Source: Eledone cirrhosa | Lineage: Eukaryota | Direction of reading: 5' to 3' | Length of the DNA: 64,000 nt | NCBI GenBank assembly: GCA_964016885.1 | Contig: OZ024744.1 | Span: 45,756,001 to 45,820,000, forward strand | Part shown: positions 23,705 through 39,498 of the stretch, one piece after another | Layout: each line of letters starts with the position of its first letter | Numbering within the stretch: position 1 is the stretch's first letter | Position numbers and translations under genes: made by a program | Notes under the pieces: model-generated | What the model was told of the DNA's origin: nothing | The model's input: only the letters and a program-made list of their open reading frames with translations | Database searches by the model: none

Positions 23705-23923
23705 ACATTACATACAAAACCTGTTTGGCACGCAATCACCACGGCCAACGATACCCCTTGATTCTTTTATTCACAAGCTACGCATATATGTCAGACACGC
23801 AGAGTAAAACATTCTGTTGTTAGTCACTGCGTGTCTAACAGATAAATGTTTACCGATATTCCTGTAGCCCCGACTACCGGCAGTTTCGCTTCTGCTATGT
23901 GGAAATTTAAATATATATATATA

Positions 23924-26660
23924 TAGTAAGCCCCCGCTATATCGCGGTTTACTTTTCGCGGTCCCGCAACATCACGTTTTTTTATTGTCAAAACATCTAT
24001 TTTCTTATCGTGATAATCCTGGTAACATCGCAAATATGTTTTCTTACAAGGCACGTTATTGGCTGAAGAAGGAGTGACAACCAATCAGACCGTGCTTTTC
24101 ATTATCTTGGCAGTTATTGGCTGCTGATGACATCACGTAAATCTCGGTAGAAGAGTGGGCAGTGTTAGGAATTTTGATTGATATATAGAGTCAGGCTTGA
24201 TGCAACTGATTCTGCCGCTACTGTAACCAAACTCTACTCTTCACATTGCTTCTCCACTTACTTACTCACCCGTATAATTGACGTTAACCGCTCCCATTCC
24301 TGTTTATGTGTGTTTCTATCTGTTAAATAAACCACTTCATAGTTGCGACTTTGATAGACGATTGTGCTTTCAAAACTGGCAAAATCTCACTTATAGTGTT
24401 TCGTGTGAACTTTTCACGTTATTCAAGCCCTCAAATGCCACCCAAACGTTCTGCATCATCTTCTAAGGCTTCTGGTAGTGAGCCTAAGCCCCAGAAGAAG
24501 ATTCTTACAATCCAGGAGAAGATTGAACTAGTGGACATGCTAAACGAAGGACGTATTTACGCGGCCGTAGCTAGCCATTATGAACTCAATGAATCAACTG
24601 TTAGCTATATCAAGAAAGAGGGAACAATATATGAACAACAGCGTCAGTATCATTCAGTCAAACTACAAAAGGACGGTGACTACCGGGAATGAGGGAATGG
24701 TTCGGATTGAATCAGCGTTGGCCAATTGGATTACTGCCTGCAGAAAGAAAAATATTTCCTTGGACACTAACATCATCTAGAGAAGGTCAGACAGTTATAT
24801 GCCACGTTCACTGATGGTAACGACGACCATGGTAAAGATAAAAAAGAGCCTCATTGAGGACCATCGACTGAAGAATGTCCGAGCAAACCAATTGAATTTA
24901 ACACTTGCAAGAGTTGGTTTGACAGGTTTCAGAAACACTTTAACCTTAAAAGCGCTTCACTGCATAGTGAAGCTACGTCTGCTGACAAAGAAGCCGCCGA
25001 CTTCTACGTGAATGAGACTTTTAAGGCCATAATCCTGAAGAAGGAACAAGTTTTCAATATGGATGAAACTGGCTTGTATTGGAAGAGGCTACATTTTCAC
25101 CATGAAGGGAGAAGCTCGAGCCTCTGGATTCAAAGCTCACAAGAACCACCTGACGTTTATAATGTGTAGTAATGCTGCTGGTCACATGATAAAGCCAGCA
25201 ATAATTTACAAGTCGAAGAACCCGAGGGCACTGATGAATAAGAACAATAACCTGCTACCGATGTACTGGATACACAATCCCAAGCCCTGGATAACGAAGG
25301 TCTTCACTAGGAAGTGGATCTACCAATGCTTCATTACAGCAACGAAGTTATACCTCACGAAACTTGGGCTTGAATTCAAGGTGGTACCATTGCTAATGGA
25401 TAATTCAGGAGGACATGCGCTGGATTTATTCTAAGATAGTGTGCAGAAAGAGTTCCTTCCGCCCAACACAATCTCGCTTATCCAGCCTATGGATGAAGGT
25501 GTCATATGTCCTTTCAAGGCTTTGTATATGCGCAAAGCCCTCCACCAACTCATTGATGCCATGGATTCTGATGAAAGCTTCACGGGAATGGCGTACTGGC
25601 GTAGATATAGCATCGCAATGTGACTCCGAAACATTCAGATTACCATCACAGAGATGAAAAAGGAAACCTTGAGTTCCTGTTTGAAGAAGTTGTGGCCAGA
25701 GTGTGTTCTTGATTATAAAGGTTTCTCTCCTGACGAGATTCATCACTTGGCAGTGAATATGGCACTTAACCTGGCTAAATTGTTAGAAGGTGAAGGCTTC
25801 GATTAAAATGACCTATAACGACGTCAATTACCTCATCGATACACATTCCAGCCATCTGACAGATGAGGATCTAAGAAAGCTAAGTCTGCAAGTGGGAAGG
25901 AGGCGGAAGAAGTGTATTCATTGGAAGAAGAGGAGAAGGTCTGTCACTTGAACGACTAGTAGCAATGGTGGGGAAGATAAAAGAATTGCAGAAAATGGCT
26001 GAAGACTGGGATAGCCAAATGGTTAGAGCGTTGAAATTCCAAAACATGGGGCCATGGAAGTGTACAAACATTTATTCACTCAAATGAGAAAGCAAAGACA
26101 ACAAATGCCGATCACAATTCTTTTCTCACGTAAAATGACAGAAGACACACCTTCGCCTACATCTACACCTTCAACGGAAATTGAAATGCAGCAGTACGTA
26201 CGTCTGAATAAAAAGTGTTTAAAATTTAAACTTATTAAATAAGTTTCGATGTGATTGAAGTGTGTAGCGTAGGCAAGGGGCATCTTAATGCTTTAACTAT
26301 AAAATATATTTTTATTTTTCATTCCATTAGTTTTATTGATTGTGTTTTTCTCTAATCTACTACAAACTCTACATAGATTGACAGGAGATATGCAGTGTAT
26401 TACCAAGCGGCTAACGTGGCTGGTAATGGTCTTCATTGGTAACTACTGCTACGATCATTTATTTTAGTTTCTATACGATCGTTTTTGGCTGTTTTTGGTG
26501 TTTAAATACCAAAGTGTGTTTTAATGATTTTATATGTACTTAAAACGTGTAGAAGAGGCATTTTAAGGCTTAAACTATGTAAACAACGGTTGTCGTTATG
26601 GTCTCTCTATATCGCGGTTGGTTCTGGAACGTACCTCCCGCGATAAACGGGGGATTACAG
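23924..26660 (+). mobile_element. Tigger/pogo DNA transposon, full length, degenerate
   Basis: Imperfect TIRs TAGTAAGCCCCCGCTATATCGCGG / CCGCGATAAACGGGGGATTACAG; TA flanks. Confidence 0.88.
24435..26242 (+). pseudogene. Tigger (TIGD1-like) transposase: CENP-B HTH plus DDE_1
   Basis: KKILTIQEKIEL..NESTV; FNMDETGLYW; GFKAHK; MDNSGGH; FLPPNTISLIQPMDEGVI. Confidence 0.9.
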
Positions 26661-26679
26661 TATACAAACACACACAGAC

Positions 26680-26847
<168 letters not shown>

Positions 26848-27654
26848 ATGTATGTATCGCGGGAGGTACGTTCCAGAACCAACCGCGATAATGGCAAGAT
26901 GACTCTCCCAAAGTATAACAATATATATATATTTATATATATATACATAAATCCCAATTTCTGTTTGTGTGTGTGTTTGTTTGTGGATATGTTTCAGAAC
27001 CTAAAATTCAAAAACTACCAAACCGATCTTGATGAAACTTGACACGCGTGTGGCTCTCATACCCATTCTTACGTAGTTTGAAATAAAAAAAATATCGATT
27101 ATTTCCAGTCTGCATCGATTATTTATAAAACAATCGGACATTTGGACGTAAATGCTCATATAAATGTTATTTTCTGCCATAACTTTTAAAGTTCTCAACC
27201 GATTTCCTTCAAAACTGAAGCACAGTTAAATTATGTGCTAAGGATGGCTTTAGGCTAAAAATACCAGACAACTCGCGGAAGGCAAAAGCCGCACAAACCT
27301 ATTTTTCATTTGGTTTGTTTCTTCTGATATGACCAACCAATTTGCTTTAAACTGTACAAGTGCATTATTTATGTATCAATAAGGGGTTAAAAGTTTCCCC
27401 AGGGCACCTTAATAAAGCGAAAACACCGCAAATATCGATGTCGCAAATGCTTTTTTCAAACATCATAGATGCACCACTTATGTGCTATGGATGGTTTTCT
27501 CCAGCGGGACAGAGGGCTGTACAACAATGAGATGGATAACAATTGAATTTGCCATCCACGGGCCGAGTTTTACCCAGACAAATGGGATTTGTGGGCTCTG
27601 GTTGGGTAATGCTGGGGTATTTTCCAAAATGTATACCAGTCGCTGATTTGAACT

Positions 27655-27685
<31 letters not shown>

Positions 27686-27714
27686 GTGTGAACGCAGATT
27701 GAAATATTTACTTC

Positions 27715-27893
27715 TGCGTTCACAGATTGATGTTTTCAGTTTCAGAAGATCGCGTTAAGGGTGAAAACAGCGATCCTTTGCTTAAACTTTAATCTTATTT
27801 TAATAAATATTTGCTCTACAGTTCTTATATATTTGATATATATTTATCCTTATCGAACCCTCTTTGGATTTTAGCCTTCAAATTTATTATTAT

Positions 27894-27897
<4 letters not shown>
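27715..27897 (+). mobile_element. Solo pLTR fragment of Penelope family E with CAGAAGA-core hammerhead (27738-27788)
   Basis: Homologous to 63012-63198; flanked by (TA)n. Confidence 0.8.
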
Positions 27898-27956
<59 letters not shown>

Positions 27957-27958
<2 letters not shown>

Positions 27959-28144
27959 AACGAGTAGGACCCCGACGGCTGAGCTCAAGCCGTTTCGACG
28001 GTTAATTCTGAACAGAATTAGCCGTCGAAACGGCTTGAGCTCAGCCGTCGGGGTTCTACTCGTTCCTATTACCCACTCTACTACCCTAAGTATTGAGTAA
28101 TTTGGTGCGTTATGGTACATCTGGTTCCGTACCACATTTCCTTC

Positions 28145-28146
<2 letters not shown>
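27957..28146. repeat. Palindromic mini-element derived from the family B pLTR, embedded in (TA)n
   Basis: GGAACGAGTAGGACCCCGACGG... arm mirrored around ~28012. Confidence 0.85.
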
Positions 28147-28190
<44 letters not shown>

Positions 28191-28554
28191 ACGTCAACAA
28201 CGCTAGTGAAAATTCGTAAAGCAACAACGGAAGGATAAGCAGAATCCTTCTAGTTGTAGTTACAGAAATTTTTGTACAGTAGGTACAAAATGCGATTTAT
28301 AGTTACGAAACTATACATCGCATTTTGGTTGGAGGTACAAACACAATAATGATATATCTTATTGTTATAAAATGGCAAAAAAATAATGCCTCTGTTGTGT
28401 ATTTAAACAGAATGAAGCTACACTGAGTTGAACTTCACCCAGAGTTAAATTATTTCACAGTCAAACAATTACACCAACAAGCACCGTTTGTCGAGTTTGG
28501 AAAAAAAACATAAACATTATTCAAAATAATGAAAGGGTGAAACCTCTGTAGTGA

Positions 28555-28566
28555 TCGGGGTCACCA
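28555..28566 (-). promoter_or_regulatory. Primer binding site TGGTGACCCCGA (tRNA-Trp)
   Basis: Complementary to the eukaryotic tRNA-Trp 3' end ...TCGGGGTCACCA. Confidence 0.75.
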
Positions 28567-28569
28567 TTA

Positions 28570-28871
28570 TGTAGCGAATAGATATATTCTTTGCAGGATG
28601 AATGATAAAAAGAATGATGCGAGAATTGTGATGTTGATAATGTTTATTTTATAATAATAAAATTCACTTGTTGGTACATCGAATATTGAGTAATAAAATT
28701 TCGGCAGTAATTATCACTACATTAATCTTTTACTAGCTACTTCGAGCTAGCGTTAATGCATGTATCAAATAAAACGATACAGTAGAAGTTGTGTTATACC
28801 TTTCAGTAGTAGAGAAATGACAAGGAAGCTTAAAGGATAGATAAGTGTAGAAGGGAGCAATATAAGGAAAC

Positions 28872-28903
<32 letters not shown>

Positions 28904-29080
28904 CGTTGTTCTTGTAGTTGGTCAATCTGTCGAGCTCGGTAGTTGTGAGTGAATAGTAGGTAGAAGACTGTATTCGTGAAGAGAAATTCATATTGTTAGT
29001 AGAACGTTCTTTTGTAGTCTGTGTTATCACTATCTCTGGTGATGTAGTCTGTGGCCGAGAAGGTGAGAGCCTGTAAGACC

Positions 29081-29167
<87 letters not shown>

Positions 29168-29488
29168 AAAGGTCTGTAGACGTCTGTAGAAAGTGAATGT
29201 TTTACATCGTTATTCTCTCCGTACCCCCTCGTTCGGTTCTCGAAGCGATTGTATTTATAATGATACTATAGCTAGAAGGATGTATATATGGTTTGATTTA
29301 GTAGAAGCCATGTGTGTTTCGTCTGTCAAGTACCTGGGGTCACAGGTCAAGTGGTATATACGTTTATCACAGTTGTCTTTTAGCAGGACAATGGTGAGAA
29401 TTCCTAACAATAGGTGGTTTTAGAGGCAAGAAATTTTAGATTCGATTTCGAATCTTTGCCAGGTAAAACATCGTAGAATTCTGTTACA
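28570..29488 (-). mobile_element. Gypsy-type LTR (TG...CA); internal region missing
   Basis: Ends TGTAACAGAAT...ATTCGCTACA form a short inverted repeat; followed after 3 nt by a PBS; contains (GA)n and (GT)n. Confidence 0.7.
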
Positions 29489-29799
29489 TCTCTTAAAATA
29501 ACAACACTAAGTGAGCAGTCTCCTAGATTGGACAAGCCAGCAATACGTGTTACAACAGGCCGCCATATTACTAGGTTTTCTTGTAACCAGTCTGACCATT
29601 AACAACAAACAATAGCTGTACACAAACAGACACTTGAAACAGGCCTGCCGGGGACGAATCTGATACAACGTGTCACAACAGACTTTACCCCGACTGCAAT
29701 ATCTAACAGCTATGATAACCATGAACATTAAAATACCTTCAATGATAATGAGTCTACAAGTAGCTGGGGAAGTGAAGGGTTTCAATAGTTAAAATGTAC

Positions 29800-32296
<2,497 letters not shown>

Positions 32297-32337
32297 CGTA
32301 CATACATACATACATGCATACATTCATACATACATAC

Positions 32338-34673
32338 ATTGTGCATGGATACTTGAGACGTAAAACACAGAACATAGAGGGGATAAACCACTCAAAAAGC
32401 CTGGCATGGAGTTCCGACAAGTTTATGACATCACACCTTGAGGGATATCTCTATGCAATACAGGAACAAGAAATTCCTACCAAATATCTGACAGCAGAGG
32501 TTGTATTGTCAGGCTGTTCATCTCTAGATTTATAGAGGAGGGCACAGCTCTTCCACGTTTTACTGCCAAATATGCACGCTTGGACTCACCAAATTTCATT
32601 TTGATGTCGGTTGAAAATTGTGTAATGAGGTCCAATTGTTTCTTGATGTCATTGATATTTGGCCCATACAACTTCAGGTCATCAACAAAGAAAAGATGGG
32701 AGATACTTCTGGTCCCACTTCTTTGTCGACCTTGTTTCCTGAGTAGGTAAGATAGTGGATTCAGTGAGAGAACGAAGAGTAGCACTGACAAGCTATCACC
32801 CTGAAAGATGCCCTTCTGGTAATGTATCTTATCAGTCTTAACCTGCTCCTTCTCACCTCTAAGGATCAAACTGGTGTACCAGTTCTTGGTCAGGCGTTCA
32901 ACAGCAGCTACCAATGGTTGTGGGACTTTAGCTAACTGTAAAGCCTTAACAATCCACCCATGAGGTACACTATCAAATGCTTTTTGATAGTCCAGCCACA
33001 CGACAGTCATGTTTCTGCGATTCTTTGTTGTTTTTTCCTGAATCATTTTGTTAGTTAGTAGGTGATCTATGCAACCCCACACCTCCCTCTTTCCACCAGC
33101 TTGCTCAGGTGTTATGATGTTGTTGGTAGCACAGTGATCCTGTAAGAACAGGTTAAGGCACCCAGTATATAATTTATACATGATGTTTTGGTAGGCAATT
33201 GGGCGGTAATTTTTAGCAAGGGTGGTTTGGCTATTTTTGGGAATGAGGAGAGTAGAGGCAGTTGATAACCATCTACAGATATCTTGGACAGGATGAGAAT
33301 GTCAGATATGATGGACCCATAAATAAGGAGAGAACCAGAACTGAATACCTCAGAAGAGTAAAGAAAATATGGTCATCAGAACTGTCAGCATACAACAAAT
33401 ACATTGCCCACAATACTTATGCTGTGCCAATTCTAACGCCAACATTTGGCCTACTGAACTGGTCATTGCAAGAACTAAGTGAGATGGATGTTAGAACTCG
33501 AAAACTTCTGTGTTACTGGGAACTTTAACATCAATGGTGATGTGGATAGGCTATACTTCTCACGCAAGGAAGGTGGCCGGGGTCTAAAATCATTATTAAC
33601 AACATATGAGACCCGGATAGTGACACTCTAGCAACACCTTCAACAGAGGAAAAAGGTTGGCAACCATCTTGCCCAGGTTTATGACCATGAAAAAAGAAAT
33701 ATCATTAGAATAGCGACTGATCTGGAGGAGAGATATGGAATAAAGCCTGATATAAATCTCTCACCCAGAGAAATCGGAAGATCCTATTCAATGTTCAAAC
33801 AAGAAAAAGAAATTGACCAATTTACAGAGAAAGTTGTGCATGGATACTTGAGGCGTAAAACACAGACCATAGAGGGGATAAACCACTCAAAAAGCCTGGC
33901 ATGGAGTTCCGACAAGTTTATGACATCACACCTTGAGGGATATCTCTATGCAATACAGGAACAAGAACTCCCTACCAAATATCTGCTACACAAAAGAGGA
34001 GGGCCAGCAGCTGACAATAAATGTAGGCTATGTAAAACAAAGATCGAGGATGTAAGCCACATTGTTGCCAGCTGCGAAAGAATGTCATCTCGCTACTACC
34101 TCCCCATGAGACACGATGGGATAGCTAGAACCATCTGGAACGCACTTCGGAAAACAAAATCAACAACAAACGAGGAAGAATATATTGAGACAGATGGCAC
34201 TAAGGAATACTGGTGGAACCTGAAAATAAAAACTGCCACCAAATTAAAGCACAACCGGCCTGATATTGTAGTTTGGGACCACACATTGAAAACGTGTTCT
34301 GTTGTGGAGATCAGCTGCCCACTTGATGTAAACGTTGTCAGAAAAATACAGGAGAAGGAGGACATCTACGGACCATTGATGAGGAGTTTACAAATCCAGT
34401 ATCCAAGATACACCTTTAGCTTCATACCCATCATTATTGGTGCTACGGGTTATATACCAACCCGCTTGGACCAAAGTATGACTGAACTTGGATTTGCGGA
34501 CAAAAAGCGCAGCTCCCTAATTCATAGTCTACAAATGGCTGCGATAGCTGGCACCTTCAAAATTTGCAAAACATTCTTGCGATTCAAGGGATGACAATTT
34601 CTTTTCTTTTACAACCTTGCCACCAGGAAGGTGGCCGGTCAAAAAATATACTCAAAATTAAGAGAAAGAGAAA
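32338..34673 (+). mobile_element. R4/Dong-like retrotransposon copy B (younger) with inverted RT segment 32491-33260
   Basis: Inverted part: NYRPIA, WLDYQKAFDSVPH, GIFQGDSLS, LFFVDDLKLY; sense part: YRYLG, GGRGL, CRLC..H..C..RHD, RPDIV...VEISCPLD; (CATA)n on both flanks. Confidence 0.92.
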
Positions 34674-35121
34674 ACATACATACATACATGCATACATTCA
34701 TACATACATACATACATACATACGTACGTACATACATACATACATACATACATACATACATACATACATACATACATACATACATACATACATACATACA
34801 TACAATTTCTTTTCTTTTACAACCTTGCCACCAGGAAGGTGGCCGGTCAAAAAAATATACTCGAAATTAAGAGAAAGAGAAAACATACATACATAAGTAC
34901 GTACGTACGTACATACATACATACATACATACATACATACATACATACATACATACATACATACATACATACATACATACGTACGTACGTACGTACATAC
35001 ATACATACATACATACATACATACATACATACATACATACGTACGTACATACATACATACATACATACATACATACATACATACATACATACATACATAC
35101 ATACATACATACATACGTATG

Positions 35122-35155
<34 letters not shown>

Positions 35156-35866
35156 TGTATGTATGTATCTATGTATGTATGTATGTATGCATGTATGTAT
35201 GTATGTATGTATGTATTAAGAGAAAGAGAAAACATACATACATACGTACGTACGTACGTACATACATACATACATACATACATACATACATACATACGTA
35301 CATACATACATACATACATACATACATACATACATACATACATGCATAAATTCATACATACATACATACATACATACATACATGCATACATACATACGTA
35401 CGTACGTACATACATACATACATACATACATACATACATACATACATACATACATACATACATTCATACATACATACATACATACATACATACATACATA
35501 CATACAGGCATACATACATACATACATACATACATACATACATACATACATACATACGTACGTACGTACATACATACATACATACATACATACATACATA
35601 CATACATACATACATACGTACGTACGTACATACATACATACATACATACATACATACATACATACATACGTACGTACGTACGTACATACATACATACATA
35701 CATACATACATACATACATACATACATACATACATACGTACGTACGTACATACATACATACATACATGCATACGTACGTACGTACGTACGTACATACATA
35801 CATACATACATACATACATACATACATACATACATACATACATACATACATACGTACGTACGTACA

Positions 35867-35900
<34 letters not shown>

Positions 35901-35923
35901 CATACATACATACATACATACAT
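34674..35923. repeat. (CATA)n/(CGTA)n array with an inverted (TATG)n block and duplicated R4-B 3' ends (34802-34883, 35216-35233)
   Basis: Directly visible. Confidence 0.95.
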
Positions 35924-37784
35924 ATCCTTTCTGCTCAAGAAATGTGAGGGATACAACATTGGCCCATAGGAGGACAGAAATACGAACCTAACCCATAACT
36001 TCTTTGTGGACGATCTGAAACTCTATGCCAAGAACATGGATGGGATGAAGAAACATCTTGACCTGGTTACAACGTTCTCAAAGGATATAGAAATGGAGTT
36101 TGGCCAAGATAAATGCTCATATACGGATGTAAAGCAGAGAAAAACAACAACTCAATCTAGCAACATTGTCGTCAATGGCCTAACTGTTTCACCGATATCT
36201 GATGAGGACTGTAACATATACCTGGGGATAGATGAGAACATATCCTATATATGGTATCTGTAATAAAGAACGCGTAACCAGGGAATACTACACCCGATTA
36301 AGAAAGATCTGGTCATCGAAATTCTCTGCGCAAAACAAAACAGTGGCTCACAATGTGTTTGCTGTGCCTGTCCTAACACCAACGTTTGGAATACTCAATT
36401 GGACGATAGACAAAATCCGAGCAGTTGATGTTGGAACTCGAAAAATACTAAACAACACCGGAAACTTCCACATCAACAGTGACATAGACCGCCTTTATTT
36501 GAAACGTAGGCAGGGAGGCAGAGGCCTAACATCAGTCCAGATAGCATTTGAATATCGCATCATATCCCTCCGACAACATCTACGAGCCTCGAAGCGTAGG
36601 AGTCCGTCTCTCGAGCAAGTCTATCTGCATGAAACAGATAAGATCATGAGAGTTGGGAAGGAACTCCTCGAGAGGTATTCCCTGTGTGATAATCAAAAAC
36701 TCACACCCAGGGAAGTCGCTCAGCAGTATCGCAGTGAATCCATGGATGAAAAACTGCATGCGTATCAGCAAAAGATCCTGCACGGATATGTTGCCAGGAA
36801 GCCCCAGAGAGAGAATAATATAAATAAGGAAAGTAGTCTATCTTGGACCACCAGCCGCTATATTGGCTCCCATTTTGAAGGATATGCTTTTGCAATCCAA
36901 GAATAGGAAATTAACACGAAATACCTGATTCATAATAGAGATAGGCATGCAGGCAAAACACCTAGATGTGATAACAAGTGCAGACTCTGCAGAAGTAACA
37001 TCGAAGATGTCACCCATGTCATCAGCAGCTGTCCAAAGGTACGATCTACCTACGAGGCATGATGTAGTGGCCAAAACACTTTGAATGTAATCCGTAGAAA
37101 AGATAGCCCCGATAATAAACGCAGTAAAAGCTAAAACAATGTGGAAGACATACATATACATAATATGAAAGAGTACTGGTGGAATGTTCCAGTAAAAACC
37201 CCAATAAAATGCAGGAATTACAGACCAGATATTATGATATGGGACAGGGAAAAGAAAGCATGCACTGAAGTGAAAATTAGCTGCCCAGCAGATGCCAATA
37301 TCAAAGATTAGCGAAAAGGAGAATATTTATTCAGAACTAATGAAAAATCTGCAGATACTCCACCCTGATTACACCTTCAGATTTATGCCTGTGATTATTG
37401 GGGCACTGGGGTATGTTAGTAACTCCCTCAATACATATCTTGAGAAGCTAGGCTTCACAGGAACAGAAAGAACACAACTAGTTAGGAAATTACAAGTACA
37501 ATCTATTAATGGAACAGTAACATTCTGTAAAACATTCCAAAAGATTTGCATCTAATAACTGCATATACACATATACAGATACAAAGCATATACGCATGCA
37601 CACAGACAACTCAAAACATCCACATCCACACATACAATAACATCCATATCTAGACATGCATGTAGACATGCAGACATATCTACCTAGTTGATGTTGTGTA
37701 AATTCAGATGAGAGAGTCTTGTGTCTATGTTAGAAACCGACTCTCTCTCTATTGGTAAAAATTTGTGAAATTATAAAACCAGAA
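35924..37784 (+). mobile_element. R4/Dong-like retrotransposon copy C (5'-truncated, same family as A)
   Basis: FVDDLKLYA, YLGIDE, GGRGL, HFEGYAFAIQE, CRLC, YRPDIMIWD; (CATA)n on both flanks. Confidence 0.9.
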
Positions 37785-37818
37785 CATACATACATACATA
37801 CATACATACATACATACA

Positions 37819-37850
<32 letters not shown>

Positions 37851-38415
37851 ACTGGTTATTCTTCTTATATCAACTGAAGACACTTTTTATTCGAATTAGT
37901 AGAGATATCCGACTAAATACATAATTTATTTTACAAGGATTTGCTACAAACAGCATGGCTGAACACAACATTAAGGAAGTAACGAAGATAAACAACAAGA
38001 AAGGTAATCAAACTTTATTCAGTTATAGCTACAGAAGAAACCGAAATATAAATCGCATTTCTCTTGGAGTTGCGAACTTAATAATGATTTATTTAATCGT
38101 TATAAAATGACAGAAAAACAATCCCTCCATTGGCTATATGAACAGAATGAAGCTACACAGGGACGAAATGCACCCAGAGCTAAATTATTTCACAGCGAAA
38201 CAATTACGCCAACGTAAAAATAAGATAAATATTATTAATTGTAAGTCCACCACAACAAACATGGAATCAACAACACGTGCTACAGGTCGCCCTGCTACTT
38301 GACTTCCTAGTAGCCAGGCGGAACAGTGCTTTGAAACAAGTATTCCTGTAAGAAATTTGACACCACGTGTACCATCTAAGTCTACCTCAAATGCTGGGTA
38401 AAACACTATCGATAA

Positions 38416-38416
38416 A

Positions 38417-38471
<55 letters not shown>

Positions 38472-39498
38472 TTTTCTTTATTAACCACAAGGGTTCACAT
38501 AAAGTAGACATTAAGGACAGTACAGGACAATACAGGACGGTACAAATGGGCATTTCTGCGTGTAAAAAAAAAACGGAGGTTGAAATAAAATAACAAAGAA
38601 AAATTCCCCAATAGGGGGGAGACTTCCAAGGGACATTTGTGGAGAAAGCCCATTAAAAGACCACAGTGGCCCTGACCACCAGGGCAAGTGCCCTCTCCCA
38701 GTTTTCCACCTTTAATTTACAGACACATACTCAGAGAAGGCACATTCGTTCGGGCCATACTTGCTTCTCTCACCCATCTTTCAACAAAATGCTGGGAAGA
38801 GAGCACTTCCCTCTCTACCCTGATTTTCCTTTTCAAATGAAATTTGAAAAAGTTAATCAGGGCATCACCGAAGAGGTAAGTGCTCGTCTTCAGCCCTTTC
38901 AAACGTGTCCACCATACTATCTCTTTCGCCATGGCCACCAGACAGATAAAAACTGCCTGCCCTTCCAGGCTAAAGGAAGGGGGCGGGGCAATCCTCACGA
39001 TGGACTCAGCTGATAGCTGGATCCGTCCTACACGTGACAGCAGGTGTTCGACATAAACCCACAAGTCAGCAATGCTCGGACACTGGACTAGTGCGTGCAG
39101 GACGGTTTCGTCGCCCTGCGCGCATCTCGGACATGCCAGGCTGACGGCACCTCCATGCCTGTAGAGTTTATCCCGAACTGGCAAAGCTCCTCGGAAGCAC
39201 TGCCAGGCCAGGGATTTCTGGAAGTTGTCCATAGGCCCCGGCCCGAAAGTCCTTCCGAAGAGATTGGCTAGTTGATTTTCGTCGACGCCTAGAGTTTCTC
39301 CAAGTACGTCGTCGCTCTTCCCCTCCACTAATCCCCTATAGAACGCCAAGGTGGAGTTTCCACCGATCACATTGCCCGATTGGTCGAGGGCTGTGAGCGC
39401 CTGAAGACATTCCAGTCTCCAAGCGCTCCCTCTCGGTCTTCGCTTGACCCAGGACTGCAGCTCCGTCAAGGAGACGAGCTGGGGGAAAAACGTGTCTT
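38416..39498 (-). mobile_element. L1/Tx1-like LINE 3' fragment with (TTA)n tail
   Basis: zf-RVT-type region WQCFRGALPVRDKL..CPRC..ETVLHALVQC, IVWWTR; tail at 38416-38470. Confidence 0.8.

Larger units (their letters stand above)
16400..23900 (-). mobile_element. Helentron/Helitron2-type rolling-circle transposon carrying a USP deubiquitinase domain (termini approximate)
   Basis: Continuous but frameshifted Zn-finger, DUF6570-like, HUH Rep, PIF1 helicase, USP coding region with 5' introns and promoter motifs. Confidence 0.85.

Noticed and set aside
27470-27650. GC-richer segment as a possible host exon
   Set aside because: No recognisable protein motif or convincing splice pair in any frame
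34564-35969. Many YIHT/MYVC ORFs
   Set aside because: (CATA)n microsatellite artefacts; the same applies to the IYIY, CVCV, KIKI and poly-R/S ORFs elsewhere
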